DNA of 64,000 bases from Arcobacteraceae bacterium (lineage in GTDB: Bacteria; Campylobacterota; Campylobacteria; Campylobacterales; Arcobacteraceae). The position numbers were made by a program, and so were the translations under genes. The stretch's first letter is position 1; every line of letters starts with the position of its first letter. Below are positions 52,425-64,000 of the stretch, piece by piece. The notes beneath the pieces were generated by a model, which saw only the letters and a list, made by a program, of their open reading frames with translations, was not told where the DNA came from and ran no database searches. The stretch spans positions 864,001-928,000 of the forward strand of contig OY759974.1 in the NCBI GenBank assembly GCA_963662945.1, given 5' to 3'.

Positions 52425-52451
52425 CTAGCACTCAAAATAAATGAGTGCTAA
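52425..52451 (+). promoter_or_regulatory. CIRCE element (HrcA operator)
   Basis: CTAGCACTC-N9-GAGTGCTAA versus consensus TTAGCACTC-N9-GAGTGCTAA (17/18). Confidence 0.92.
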
Positions 52452-52486
52452 TTAAAATTTTAAACTTAACATAGAAGGACTAAATT

Positions 52487-54399
<1,913 letters not shown>

Positions 54400-54562
54400 T
54401 CCCATTTTCTCTTCTTTCAACAAACCTCTTTATGGGGTTTGTTTCTTTTTTTATACTTTTCACTTAATCAATTCTTCTAAAATAAATATTTTAAAAAGTT
54501 ATTTTATACAATATTTACCCAAAATATAGTAAAGTTCACTATTATTTTATAAGGAACTGTAA

Positions 54563-55348
54563 ATGTTGAAAAAAACTTTCATCTATTTTATTACTCTACT
54601 ATTATTAAAGTCTTTTTTAATTGCGGATAGACTCACAGATGTAAAACAAAGTGGTATTCTCAAAGCAGGTGTAAAATATGATTTTGAACCGTTTGGTTTT
54701 ATTAATAATGATGGAAATGTTGTAGGTTTTGATATAGATTTATTAGAATATATCGCCAAAGATTTAGATGTAACTTTAAAAATACAACAAGTAACATCAA
54801 AAAATAGAATTACAATGATAGAAAATAATACTATTGATATAGCTGCAGCTTCAATGACCCACAAAGTAAATCGTGATGATACAATAGATTTTACGATTTC
54901 TTATTTCTTTGATGGACAAGCACTACTAACACGAAAATATTGTAAAAAAAGACAAGCTACAGGATTTAATGGTAAAGAAGTTGGTGCAATAGAAGGTGCG
55001 ACTAGTGGTAAAAATCTAAAAAAAATAGCTCCAAAAGTAAGAATCATCTATTTTAAAACTTATGATGAAGCTATTGTTGCACTTCAAAAAGGTGAAATTG
55101 ATGCTATTACTACAGATTTAGTCTGGTGTAGTATACAAGCTCAAAAATCAAATGGCGAATTTAAAGTATTAAATGACACAATATCTTTTGAACCATATGG
55201 TATGGGAATACCTGAAAATGAATCCAACTTTAGAGATGCTATAAATTTTTCAATTCAAAAAGCTGTATTAGATGGAACATATGTAAAATTATACAAAAAA
55301 TGGTTTCATAAAGAGCCAGAAAGACTACCAGAAATCTGGCCAAACTAA
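54563..55348 (+). CDS. Polar amino-acid ABC transporter substrate-binding protein (family 3)
   Basis: PFGF..GFDIDL, IDFTISYF, IDAITTD, EPYGMG. Confidence 0.87.
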   Translation: MLKKTFIYFITLLLLKSFLIADRLTDVKQSGILKAGVKYDFEPFGFINNDGNVVGFDIDLLEYIAKDLDVTLKIQQVTSKNRITMIENNTIDIAAASMTHKVNRDDTIDFTISYFFDGQALLTRKYCKKRQATGFNGKEVGAIEGATSGKNLKKIAPKVRIIYFKTYDEAIVALQKGEIDAITTDLVWCSIQAQKSNGEFKVLNDTISFEPYGMGIPENESNFRDAINFSIQKAVLDGTYVKLYKKWFHKEPERLPEIWPN

Positions 55349-55444
55349 AATCATTGATTATATTTATAAGATAAACTAATATAACTTTAAGTTATACCAA
55401 AGCAAGACTGTTTTACAATGTTTTGTAAATTTTAAGGAGATAAA

Positions 55445-56983
55445 ATGAAAAAAAGTATTATAGCACTATCTGCAATTGCTGCGCTCTCAACAGCATCAGT
55501 TGCAAATGATGATGTCAAGTTACAATTAGAGTTGTTAAAAAACCAAATTAAACAGCTTGAAGCAAAAATGGAAGCAAATGAAAAAGCGGTACAAAAAGTT
55601 GAAAAAACTGTAATTACAAATAAGAAAAATATTACAGAAAATAAAATTCTAGCAAATAATGATAACATTAAATGGGATATTGATTTTAGAACAGCTATGG
55701 ATAATATTCATTATAAAAGAGCTAGTGGGGCAAAGGCATCAAATCCTGATTTACTAACTAATAGACTTTGGTTAGGAATGGGTTATGCGCCAGATGCGAA
55801 TAACCTTTTCAAAGGTAAATTATCTTATTACAAAGCATATGGAGATACTGCAAACCATAGTCAATCTAATACACAACCAGGATATGCAAATTTTGATTGG
55901 GTTACAAATGAAAATGCTACAGATAACTCACTCAAAGTAAAAGAAGCATATTGGTTATATATGAATGATACATTTATGGGTACAAAAGTGCCTTGGACTG
56001 TTTCTGTAGGGCGAAGACCATCAACAGATGGACTTGGAATCAATATGAGAGAAGGGATGAAAGACAACTCTCCATTATCACATACGGTAAATGTTGAGTT
56101 TGATGGATTAAGTGCAAAATTCAACCTTGATAAAGTAACTGGAGTAGAAGGTATGTGGTGGAAACTATGTACTGGAAGAGGCTTAACAAATGCTAGTCCA
56201 CGATTTACTAATGGTGGAATAGATTATGCAGCAAGTACTACTGCGTCAAATACACATGATGTAAATATGTATGGATTTATTTTTGTACCGTGGGACAATG
56301 GGCAATACTCTGTTCATACAAACTGGGCAAGAGCTGAAAATATGATTGGTTTTGCTTCTAATGGGACAACTTACATGTCAACAAGCGGTCTTTATGATGT
56401 TAATATGACAACAATATTCCCAGCATTTAAAAGTTTTGGAGATATGGACTTACTAACAGTTATGGCAAAAGCGGAAGGTATAGGAGATGGAATTTCAGAT
56501 TTCTTGGATGATACAAGAGTATTTGCTTCGTGGGCACAATCAAAAACACATCCAAAGTCTCCTGTTTCTGGGGAATCAGCTAGAATGCTTGGTTCTACAA
56601 AGTCAGAAACTGGTTCTTCTATGTGGGTTGGTGTAAATATGCCTTGTCCTTTAACAAAAGATGGTAGAATTGGAATTGAATGGAATAAAGGTAGTAAATA
56701 TTGGAGAAGTGTAACTTATGGTGAAGACACAATGGTAGGAAGTAAAATAGCTGCTCGTGGTACTGCTTGGGAAGTTTACTATAATAAACCATTAACAAAA
56801 GCTCTTACATTCAATGCAAGATATACAATGATTGATTATGATTACACTGGAAGTAATGCATTCTTTGGTGATGATGGTGCACCAGTTGACTTATCAACAA
56901 TCAATGCAACTAATGCAGCGACTTATGGTGATCCTGTTAAAGAAGCGAAAGATATAAGACTATCTATTAGCTACAGATACTAA
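55445..56983 (+). CDS. DUF3373-family outer-membrane protein
   Basis: Signal peptide, coiled coil, beta-strand-rich body, SVGRRPSTDG, C-terminal YRY. Confidence 0.75.
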   Translation: MKKSIIALSAIAALSTASVANDDVKLQLELLKNQIKQLEAKMEANEKAVQKVEKTVITNKKNITENKILANNDNIKWDIDFRTAMDNIHYKRASGAKASNPDLLTNRLWLGMGYAPDANNLFKGKLSYYKAYGDTANHSQSNTQPGYANFDWVTNENATDNSLKVKEAYWLYMNDTFMGTKVPWTVSVGRRPSTDGLGINMREGMKDNSPLSHTVNVEFDGLSAKFNLDKVTGVEGMWWKLCTGRGLTNASPRFTNGGIDYAASTTASNTHDVNMYGFIFVPWDNGQYSVHTNWARAENMIGFASNGTTYMSTSGLYDVNMTTIFPAFKSFGDMDLLTVMAKAEGIGDGISDFLDDTRVFASWAQSKTHPKSPVSGESARMLGSTKSETGSSMWVGVNMPCPLTKDGRIGIEWNKGSKYWRSVTYGEDTMVGSKIAARGTAWEVYYNKPLTKALTFNARYTMIDYDYTGSNAFFGDDGAPVDLSTINATNAATYGDPVKEAKDIRLSISYRY

Positions 56984-56986
56984 AAC

Positions 56987-58090
56987 TTACAAAAGAGTAG
57001 AGAGTAACTTCTCTGCTTCTTTTTTACTACAAATTTCTCCCTCAAGTTGTTTTGTATATATTTTTTTTAAAATCATTCCAAATTTTTCACTTGGCTTATA
57101 TCCTAAATTTATTAAATCTTTTCCTCGTATAAATGCTTGAGGCATAGTAGTCATTATGGTATATTTTACAAAAATTTCTTCTGCTTCATTATGAATATTT
57201 TTTAATTGATTGTTATATATTTTTGGTACTTGAAACTTTTGAAGTTCATTGATTGTTTTTTTTAATACTTTATTATCTGATATACTTGTTAAAATATTAG
57301 ATATAAAATAAAACATTAATACTAAATTATCTTTCTTCTTTAATGTTTTATATTGAACCATCTCATCAATATTCTTAAAAATATCACTTGAAATATTTAT
57401 TATATTTAATTGAGTTAATAAAGATAAACCTATAGAAGGTCTAGTTGATTGTAAAAGTAATTTTTCATATTCATAAAAAATTCTTTCTTTTGATAGGAGC
57501 TGAAAATCTTCTTTTAATACTATATCTTGACAAAGTTGTTTTGTAGCAATATCAATTTCTAATTCAAATCTAGCACATAACTGAGCTGCCCGATAAACAC
57601 GCAATGGATCTTCAATAAAACTTTTTTTATCAATATGTTTTAATTTTCTATTATAAATATCTATTATTCCATCAAAAGGATCTAAAAATTGATTTGTTTC
57701 ATAATCATATCCTATTGAATTTATAGTAAAATCTCTTCTTCTCGTTGCTTCTTTAAAGCTTAAATTACCGTCGATTGTAACTAAGAACTCTTTATGTCCC
57801 AAACCTATTTTATTTTCTTGCCTTGGAAATGAAAAATCATACACTTCTTCTTTACAATGAAGTTTTAATATCCCAAAACTTTTTCCTACAAAATTAACTG
57901 AACCAAATGTTTTCAATATTTCTACTAATTTATCTAAAGTAGCAAGATTATATACTTCAATATCATAATCAGAACATGATATACCAAAAAAATAATCTCG
58001 TACACTTCCACCAACAAGGATAGGTTTCCCCCCATGTAAAATTATTGAATCTAAAACAGTAATAAGATTTTTTGGTAGAATATCTTTCAT
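56987..58090 (-). CDS. cca: CCA tRNA nucleotidyltransferase
   Basis: VGGSVRD, DYDIE, RRDFTINS, FIEDPLR, SKERI. Confidence 0.88.
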   Translation of the reverse strand: MKDILPKNLITVLDSIILHGGKPILVGGSVRDYFFGISCSDYDIEVYNLATLDKLVEILKTFGSVNFVGKSFGILKLHCKEEVYDFSFPRQENKIGLGHKEFLVTIDGNLSFKEATRRRDFTINSIGYDYETNQFLDPFDGIIDIYNRKLKHIDKKSFIEDPLRVYRAAQLCARFELEIDIATKQLCQDIVLKEDFQLLSKERIFYEYEKLLLQSTRPSIGLSLLTQLNIINISSDIFKNIDEMVQYKTLKKKDNLVLMFYFISNILTSISDNKVLKKTINELQKFQVPKIYNNQLKNIHNEAEEIFVKYTIMTTMPQAFIRGKDLINLGYKPSEKFGMILKKIYTKQLEGEICSKKEAEKLLSTLL

Positions 58091-58125
58091 GAGTTATTAT
58101 AGTGTTTCATATATTTTAAAATAAT

Positions 58126-58161
58126 AAAAAAAAGGGATGCAATCTCTTGCATCCCTTTTTT
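58126..58161 (-). terminator. Intrinsic terminator after rplT
   Basis: AAAAAAGGGATGCAA...TTGCATCCCTTTTTT. Confidence 0.75.
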
Positions 58162-58184
58162 ACACCACAATATAAGACTATGTC

Positions 58185-58538
58185 TTATAAAGCTGCTTTA
58201 GCACTTGCTACAAGTGTTTGAAATGATGCGTAATCATTCATAGCCATATCAGCAAGAATTTTTCTATCAAGTGATATTCCTGCTTTATTTAGACCATTCA
58301 TAAATCTTGAGTAGCTAATGTCATTTAATCTACACGCCGCATTAATTCTAACAATCCAAAGTTTTCTGAAATCTCTTTTCTTTTGTCTTCTATCTCTAAA
58401 AGCATAAACTAAACTTCTCTCAACTTGCTCTTTCGCTTTTCTAAAGTGTTTTCTTCTACCACTGTAGAATCCTTTAGCCATTTTAAGAATTTTTTTGTGT
58501 CTTGCTCTTCTTATTGTACCTGTTTTTACTCTTGGCAT
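58185..58538 (-). CDS. rplT: 50S ribosomal protein L20
   Basis: MPRVKTG...[14 protein letters not shown]. Confidence 0.98.
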   Translation of the reverse strand: MPRVKTGTIRRARHKKILKMAKGFYSGRRKHFRKAKEQVERSLVYAFRDRRQKKRDFRKLWIVRINAACRLNDISYSRFMNGLNKAGISLDRKILADMAMNDYASFQTLVASAKAAL

Positions 58539-58653
58539 TTTATTTTCCTTTCTTTACCATAAATACTGTAATATTTTGGTGTCTGTACATTTTGTACTGA
58601 ACTTATCCGAACTTAATCGGAGGGACTAATTACTGAAAATTTGTTAATAAAGG

Positions 58654-58851
58654 TTACCCTTTATTTAACATCTTTTTAACTCTTGAAGCATCTGCATCAG
58701 ATACTACTTGTGGACCTCTTAAAGCTACTTTTCTTTTTTGGCTCTTCTTAGTAAGAATGTGACTTCTAAAAGCACTTCCTCTTTTGATAGAACCATTTTT
58801 TTTCACTTTAAATCTTTTTAAAGCTCCACTGTTAGATTTCATCTTTGGCAT
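58654..58851 (-). CDS. rpmI: 50S ribosomal protein L35
   Basis: [13 protein letters not shown]...HILTKKS; ATG at 58851. Confidence 0.96.
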   Translation of the reverse strand: MPKMKSNSGALKRFKVKKNGSIKRGSAFRSHILTKKSQKRKVALRGPQVVSDADASRVKKMLNKG

Positions 58852-58974
58852 TGTTAGACTCCTTTGCAATTTTTATCAAATTTGTATATCTTCTAAAATA
58901 AAAAATCCACAAACTTAAATAAGTTGTGGATTATACAGTTTTTATACTTTAAATTATTTTAAATAGAAAATATA

Positions 58975-59517
58975 TTATTTCCCACTACCTTTTAATGGAG
59001 TAACTAACATATTTACATATCTACCTTCAAGTTTTGGATCACCATCTTTTATGGCAACATCTTCTATCATACTCCATACTTTAGCTAGAACTTCAGCACC
59101 TGCAGCAGGATTTGCCATTTCTCTACCTCTTAAGAATACTCTAAATTTTACATGATTCCCTTTTTCAAGAAACTCTAAAGCATGTTTTACTTTGTAGTCA
59201 ATATCATTTTGAGCTATTTTTACAGAAAGTTTTATCTCTTTTGTAACAATAATCTTTTGATTTTTTTTAGCTTCTTTTTGTTTTTTCTCTTGTTGATATT
59301 TAAACTTTCCATAGTTCATTATTTTAACAACAGGAGGTTGAGCATTGGGAGCAATACATACTAAATCAAGCCCTGCTTCATCAGCCAAAGCTAATGCCTC
59401 ACGTGAACTCATAATTCCATGACTAGATCCATCTTCTGCGTTACATCTAACCTCTTTAAATCTTATATCTTCATTTAGTAATGTATCATCTGTTTTTTTG
59501 TTGTTTTTTAAACTCAA
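58975..59517 (-). CDS. infC: Translation initiation factor IF-3
   Basis: [34 protein letters not shown] start. Confidence 0.96.
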   Translation of the reverse strand: MSLKNNKKTDDTLLNEDIRFKEVRCNAEDGSSHGIMSSREALALADEAGLDLVCIAPNAQPPVVKIMNYGKFKYQQEKKQKEAKKNQKIIVTKEIKLSVKIAQNDIDYKVKHALEFLEKGNHVKFRVFLRGREMANPAAGAEVLAKVWSMIEDVAIKDGDPKLEGRYVNMLVTPLKGSGK

Positions 59518-61331
59518 ATTTTATCCCCTGTTTTTTGTTGTTGTAACATATCTATAAACTCTTGTTTTGACATCTCACTTCTCTCCCGCTTTCTTCTATC
59601 CCTTAATGCAATTGTTTCATTTGCCACTTCATCATCACCTACTACAACGATCATTGGTACTCTTTGTTTTTCAGCAATTCTAATTCTTTTATTTAGACTC
59701 TCATTTTGACTAAACACTTCATTATCAATGTCAATCATTTGTAGTTCTTGTGATAATTTTTTAGCATACTCTAAATGAGTATCCGCAATTGGCACAATAA
59801 TTACACCAGTTGGTGCAATACTCAATGGAAATTCTCCAGCATAATGTTCAGTAAGTATTCCAATAAATCTTTCAAAACTTCCTAAAATAGCTCTATGAAT
59901 CATTACAGGTCTCTCTTTTTTATCTTGAGAAGTTGTATAATGAATATCAAATCTCTCTGGTAAATTCATATCTACTTGTATTGTACCACATTGCCATTTT
60001 CTACCAATAGCATCAAGAATTTTTATATCTATCTTAGGACCATAAAATGCTCCTCCACCCTCATCTATTCCATAAGTGTAACCATTTTCATCTAAAGCAT
60101 CCATAATACCTTTTGTAGTACTTTCCCAAAATGCATCATCACCAATGGCCTTTTTAGGTTTAGTAGATACTTCCATTTCATAAGTAAACTCAAAATGTTT
60201 CATTAAAGATTCAACGAACTCTAACACTTCAATAATTACATCTTTTACTTGAGATTGCATACAAAAAATATGTGCATCATCTTGTGTAAATTCTCTTACA
60301 CGAAATAATCCATGCATAGCACCACTTAGCTCATGTCTATGAACTACACCATATTCAAAAAATTTCAATGGCAAATCTTTGTACGATACCAAATCATTTT
60401 TAAATACTTCAATATGTCCAACACAGTTCATAGGTTTTATACCATACTCCTGCCCATCAATTTCAGTAAAATACATATTTTCTTTATAATTTGCATAATG
60501 ACCAGATTTTACCCATGCTTCTGCTTTAAGAATTTCTGGACCTCGAACAGGTTGATAACCTCTCATTCTATGTGCTTTATATAAAAGTTGTTCTAGTTTT
60601 CCTCTTAATCTTGAACCAGCAGGAAGCCATAAAGGAAGCCCAGCTCCTATATCATCACTAAAAGTAAATAATTTAAGATCTGTACCTAATCTTCTATGAT
60701 CTCTTTTTTTTGCCTCTTCAAGCATAGTTACATAATCTTTTAACTCTTGTTTATCAAAAAAAGCAATACCGTAGATTCTTGTGATCATTTCATTAGCTTC
60801 ATCACCACCAAGGTATGCACCTGCAACTCTAATAAGTTTAAAATTTCTTATTAAATTTGTATTTGGAACATGTGGTCCTCGACATAAATCTTCAAAATCC
60901 CCTTGTGTATAAACTGTTAAAACATCATCTGTTATTTTTTCCAACACTGCTTGCTTTAATTCATCACTTGCAAACTTTTTAATAATATCTTTTCTTGATA
61001 CTTCACTTCTTGTTATAGGTAACTTTCTACCAGCAATCTCTTTCATCTTTTTTTCAATTACTGTTAAATCATCATCATTTAATTGATGATTTAATTTAAA
61101 ATCGTAATAGAATCCCTCATCTACAACAGGTCCCACAAAAAATTTTGCTTCACTATGTAACTCTTTAATTGCTTGTGCCATTAAATGAGCTGTTGAGTGT
61201 CTTAATATCTCTAATGATTCTTTTGAACCATCAGCGTATATTTTTTCTTCATCTGTAGCATTAATACCTAAAGCCTCTGCAGTTTGAAGATCATATATTT
61301 GACCTTCTCTCTTTATCCCTATATAATCCAA
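59514..61331 (-). CDS. thrS: Threonine--tRNA ligase
   Basis: [34 protein letters not shown]. Confidence 0.97.
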   Translation of the reverse strand: MDYIGIKREGQIYDLQTAEALGINATDEEKIYADGSKESLEILRHSTAHLMAQAIKELHSEAKFFVGPVVDEGFYYDFKLNHQLNDDDLTVIEKKMKEIAGRKLPITRSEVSRKDIIKKFASDELKQAVLEKITDDVLTVYTQGDFEDLCRGPHVPNTNLIRNFKLIRVAGAYLGGDEANEMITRIYGIAFFDKQELKDYVTMLEEAKKRDHRRLGTDLKLFTFSDDIGAGLPLWLPAGSRLRGKLEQLLYKAHRMRGYQPVRGPEILKAEAWVKSGHYANYKENMYFTEIDGQEYGIKPMNCVGHIEVFKNDLVSYKDLPLKFFEYGVVHRHELSGAMHGLFRVREFTQDDAHIFCMQSQVKDVIIEVLEFVESLMKHFEFTYEMEVSTKPKKAIGDDAFWESTTKGIMDALDENGYTYGIDEGGGAFYGPKIDIKILDAIGRKWQCGTIQVDMNLPERFDIHYTTSQDKKERPVMIHRAILGSFERFIGILTEHYAGEFPLSIAPTGVIIVPIADTHLEYAKKLSQELQMIDIDNEVFSQNESLNKRIRIAEKQRVPMIVVVGDDEVANETIALRDRRKRERSEMSKQEFIDMLQQQKTGDKI

Positions 61332-61454
61332 TAAAGTCCTTTTATATTATATTTAATTAAATTATCTAAATTTTAGCAAACTTGAACTTAAATCAAACAT
61401 TGTTATAATTATATTTCTGATATTATTAATGAATATTACATTGGGAATTTAAAT

Positions 61455-61829
61455 ATGGGAAGAATACTAATAGCAGAAGATATTAAACTTATAAGTTTAC
61501 ATTTAAAAAAAGTTTTACAAAAATTAAATCAAAATGTATTATCAATTGTAGAGTCACCGGATGAAGCTTTTAAAATTTTATCAAATGATGATAATATAGA
61601 TATATTATTTTTAAGTGATTCTTTAATAGGTAATAATAGTATTCCTGATAGTCTAGAGTTAACAAAAAAAATAATGGACAATCAACCACATCTAAAAATT
61701 ATAATTGTAACTAGTCAAGGAAAAAAACAAACTATTTTAAAATTTATAAATAACGGTGCTAAAACTTTTGTAGAAAAACCGTTAAATACAAATAATATTC
61801 AAAATATTCTAACAGAAATTAATATTTAA
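61455..61829 (+). CDS. Single-domain response regulator (atypical receiver)
   Basis: RILIAED, IIIVTS, FVEKP; DILFLS at the usual phospho-Asp position. Confidence 0.8.
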   Translation: MGRILIAEDIKLISLHLKKVLQKLNQNVLSIVESPDEAFKILSNDDNIDILFLSDSLIGNNSIPDSLELTKKIMDNQPHLKIIIVTSQGKKQTILKFINNGAKTFVEKPLNTNNIQNILTEINI

Positions 61830-62902
61830 TTACAATAAACTTTTTTTATATTTTTTATTGTGCTATTCATATTAAGTAGTAGCATATCAACTAGCACTAA
61901 GCTCATCATTGATTCACAAACAACACTACCTCTTAAAGCGACACAGGGATCATGCCGTCCTTTTAAATTATAAATTGTATCTGTATTATTTATATCAACA
62001 GTTTTTTGCTCACAAAATATCGAAGGAGTTGGTTTAAAATATACTTTAGTAAGAATATCATCACCATTACTAATTCCTCCTAATATTCCTCCGCTATGGT
62101 TTGTTTGAAAGCCTTGAGAGGTAATTTGATCATTATTGAAACTTCCTTTTGCTCTACTTGACTCCACACCATCACCTATTTCAACTGCTTTAACAGCATT
62201 TAATCCCATCATTGCTTCGGCAATTTGACCATCAAGTTTATGGTACATAGGTTCCCCAAGTCCTACCGGTACACCAATAGCTTTGACTAATACCACTCCA
62301 CCTACAGAATCATGATTTGTCATTGCTTCTTTGATAACATCTTTTTGTATTTGTTCTTTGTCTTTATCTAACGCAAAGATTTCACTTTGTTTTGCATATT
62401 CAAAATCAAAATTTTCTGATTTTATTCCTCCAACTTCACAAATACCACTTTCTACTTTGATATCAAGTTCTTTTAAAATAAGTTTAGCAATAGCACCTGC
62501 TGCAACTCTTGCTGCAGTTTCACGAGCGGAACTTCGACCACCTCCTCTATAATCTCTTATCCCATATTTGTGGAAATAAGTAAAATCGGCATGACCCGGT
62601 CTAAATAAATCTTTTACATTTGAATAATCATTACTTTTTTGATTTTCATTATATAAAACCATTGCAATTGGCGTACCTGTACTTAAGCCTTCAAATACAC
62701 CGCTTAAAATTTGTATTTTATCACTTTCTTTTCTTTGTGTCTCATATTTGGTTTTGCCAGGTTTTCGTCTATCCATCTCACTTTGAATAAACTCTTCATC
62801 AATTTTAATTCCAGCAGGAACACCATCAACAATGCATCCTAAAGCAACTCCATGTGATTCACCAAAAGTTGTAAACTTAAACCTTGCTCCAAAACTATTC
62901 AT
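61826..62902 (-). CDS. aroC: Chorismate synthase
   Basis: FGESHG, RPGHAD, RGGGRSSARET, GRHDPC. Confidence 0.97.
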   Translation of the reverse strand: MNSFGARFKFTTFGESHGVALGCIVDGVPAGIKIDEEFIQSEMDRRKPGKTKYETQRKESDKIQILSGVFEGLSTGTPIAMVLYNENQKSNDYSNVKDLFRPGHADFTYFHKYGIRDYRGGGRSSARETAARVAAGAIAKLILKELDIKVESGICEVGGIKSENFDFEYAKQSEIFALDKDKEQIQKDVIKEAMTNHDSVGGVVLVKAIGVPVGLGEPMYHKLDGQIAEAMMGLNAVKAVEIGDGVESSRAKGSFNNDQITSQGFQTNHSGGILGGISNGDDILTKVYFKPTPSIFCEQKTVDINNTDTIYNLKGRHDPCVALRGSVVCESMMSLVLVDMLLLNMNSTIKNIKKVYCN

Positions 62903-63582
62903 TATTTTGTACCTTGAAGTTGATTTAGAACAATTTTTGCTGCTGCTTGTTGTGCTAATTTTTTACTTTTCCCTTTTGCTGTTGCATAATGTTTATCATT
63001 AATCCATAAAGAAAGTTCAAATTCTTTTTCATGATCAGGGCCTACTGCTGCTTCTAATTTATACACAGGAATTGCACCAAATTTTGCTTGAGTAACTTCT
63101 TGCAATGCAGTTTTATAATCACTAAAAAGCTCATCTAAATTTATCTCATCATAATTTTCTGTTAAAAGTTTTAAAATTAAAGGTTTTAAAACAGTCAATC
63201 CTGATTCAATATAAATTGCACCCATAATTGCTTCAAAAGCATCACTCAAAATTGAAGCTTTTTTTCTTCCTTGATTTCGTTCTTCTGCTTCACTTAGAAA
63301 TATATAATCTCCTAAATGAATTGCTCTTGCTAACTTTGTAAAACCTTTTTCATTTACTAAACTAGCCCTTATTTTAGATAACTCTCCCTCATTTGAAGAT
63401 GGAAATTTATTAAATAAAAATTCACCAACTATTAAATTAAGAACGGCATCTCCTAAAAATTCCAATCTTTCATTATTAAAAACTTTTTTATAACTTTTAT
63501 GCGTAAGTGCTTCGATTATCAGATCTTTATTTTCAAACTGATAACCCAAGCACTTTTCAAGTTCTTTATATTCTTTATGCAC
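62902..63582 (-). CDS. rnc: Ribonuclease III
   Basis: [17 protein letters not shown], ds[11 protein letters not shown]. Confidence 0.97.
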   Translation of the reverse strand: MHKEYKELEKCLGYQFENKDLIIEALTHKSYKKVFNNERLEFLGDAVLNLIVGEFLFNKFPSSNEGELSKIRASLVNEKGFTKLARAIHLGDYIFLSEAEERNQGRKKASILSDAFEAIMGAIYIESGLTVLKPLILKLLTENYDEINLDELFSDYKTALQEVTQAKFGAIPVYKLEAAVGPDHEKEFELSLWINDKHYATAKGKSKKLAQQAAAKIVLNQLQGTK

Positions 63583-63635
63583 TTATACTCCTTTGGTATA
63601 TAAAATTTCTCTAATTTTATCTAAAACTAAATAAA

Positions 63636-63667
63636 AAAACTCCCCAAGGATAACCTTGAGGAGTTTT
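63636..63667 (-). terminator. Intrinsic terminator after glnB
   Basis: AAAACTCC-CAAGG...CCTTG-GGAGTTTT hairpin with an A tract on the plus strand. Confidence 0.6.
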
Positions 63668-63717
63668 AGAGTTGAGTAAAACTTTAGTTTTAATTCATAG
63701 AGTATTAGTATAAAATA

Positions 63718-64000
63718 CTAAACTGCTTCTGCACCTGTTTCACCTGTTCTAATTCTTACTACTTCATCTACTGGCATTACAAATATCTTACCATCACCAA
63801 TCTTTCCTGTTTTTGCTGAACTAGTTATTAATTTTACTACATTATCTACTTCATCATCATTTACGATTAGTTCTAATTTTGTTTTAGCTAGGAAGTCTAC
63901 TATATATTCAGCACCTCTATAAAGTTCTGAGTGACCTTGTTGTCTCCCATACCCTTTTACATCTGTTACTGTCATACCTGTAATTCCAGCTTCACTTAGA
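63718..64000 (-). CDS. glnB: P-II nitrogen regulatory protein (5' end outside the window)
   Basis: ...[42 protein letters not shown]. Confidence 0.92.
   Translation of the reverse strand, partial: LSEAGITGMTVTDVKGYGRQQGHSELYRGAEYIVDFLAKTKLELIVNDDEVDNVVKLITSSAKTGKIGDGKIFVMPVDEVVRIRTGETGAEAV

Noticed and set aside
54563-55348. Orphan ABC substrate-binding protein
   Set aside because: Standalone binding-protein genes are common and nothing else here is unusual.

Overview
AT-rich chromosomal window from a Campylobacterota bacterium, probably Arcobacteraceae (inferred from the single soxCD-soxXYZA-x-soxB cluster and general gene content). Most of it is housekeeping: gdhA (partial), a UvrD-like helicase, guaB, gatA, znuCB, proS, ispB, hisD, aroK, leuC, coaE, purM, feoAB, sodB, three tRNAs, groES/EL with a near-perfect CIRCE, cca, thrS-infC-rpmI-rplT, aroC, rnc and glnB (partial). 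It also carries a sulfur-oxidation region (Sox cluster, SoxW/SoxH/DsrE-like genes, MOSC and YeiH genes) and a Tat-type SQR. An accessory stretch at about 11.4-19.5 kb holds the most interesting signals. (1) Two diverged copies of a ~170-bp element with long terminal inverted repeats bracket znuCB in opposite orientation, and their arms show mirrored (compensatory) changes. (2) A decayed integron missing from the ORF track: a ~26-codon intI N-terminal relic, a putative attI/Pc region, one intact AbiJ/HEPN-like cassette and a damaged attC. (3) A GaaA-like reductase and a FATP-type acyl-CoA ligase paired with an unknown gene. Two genes are split by single-base indels in A-runs, which may be pseudogenes or sequencing errors. 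All family assignments come from motif recognition by eye, not database searches.
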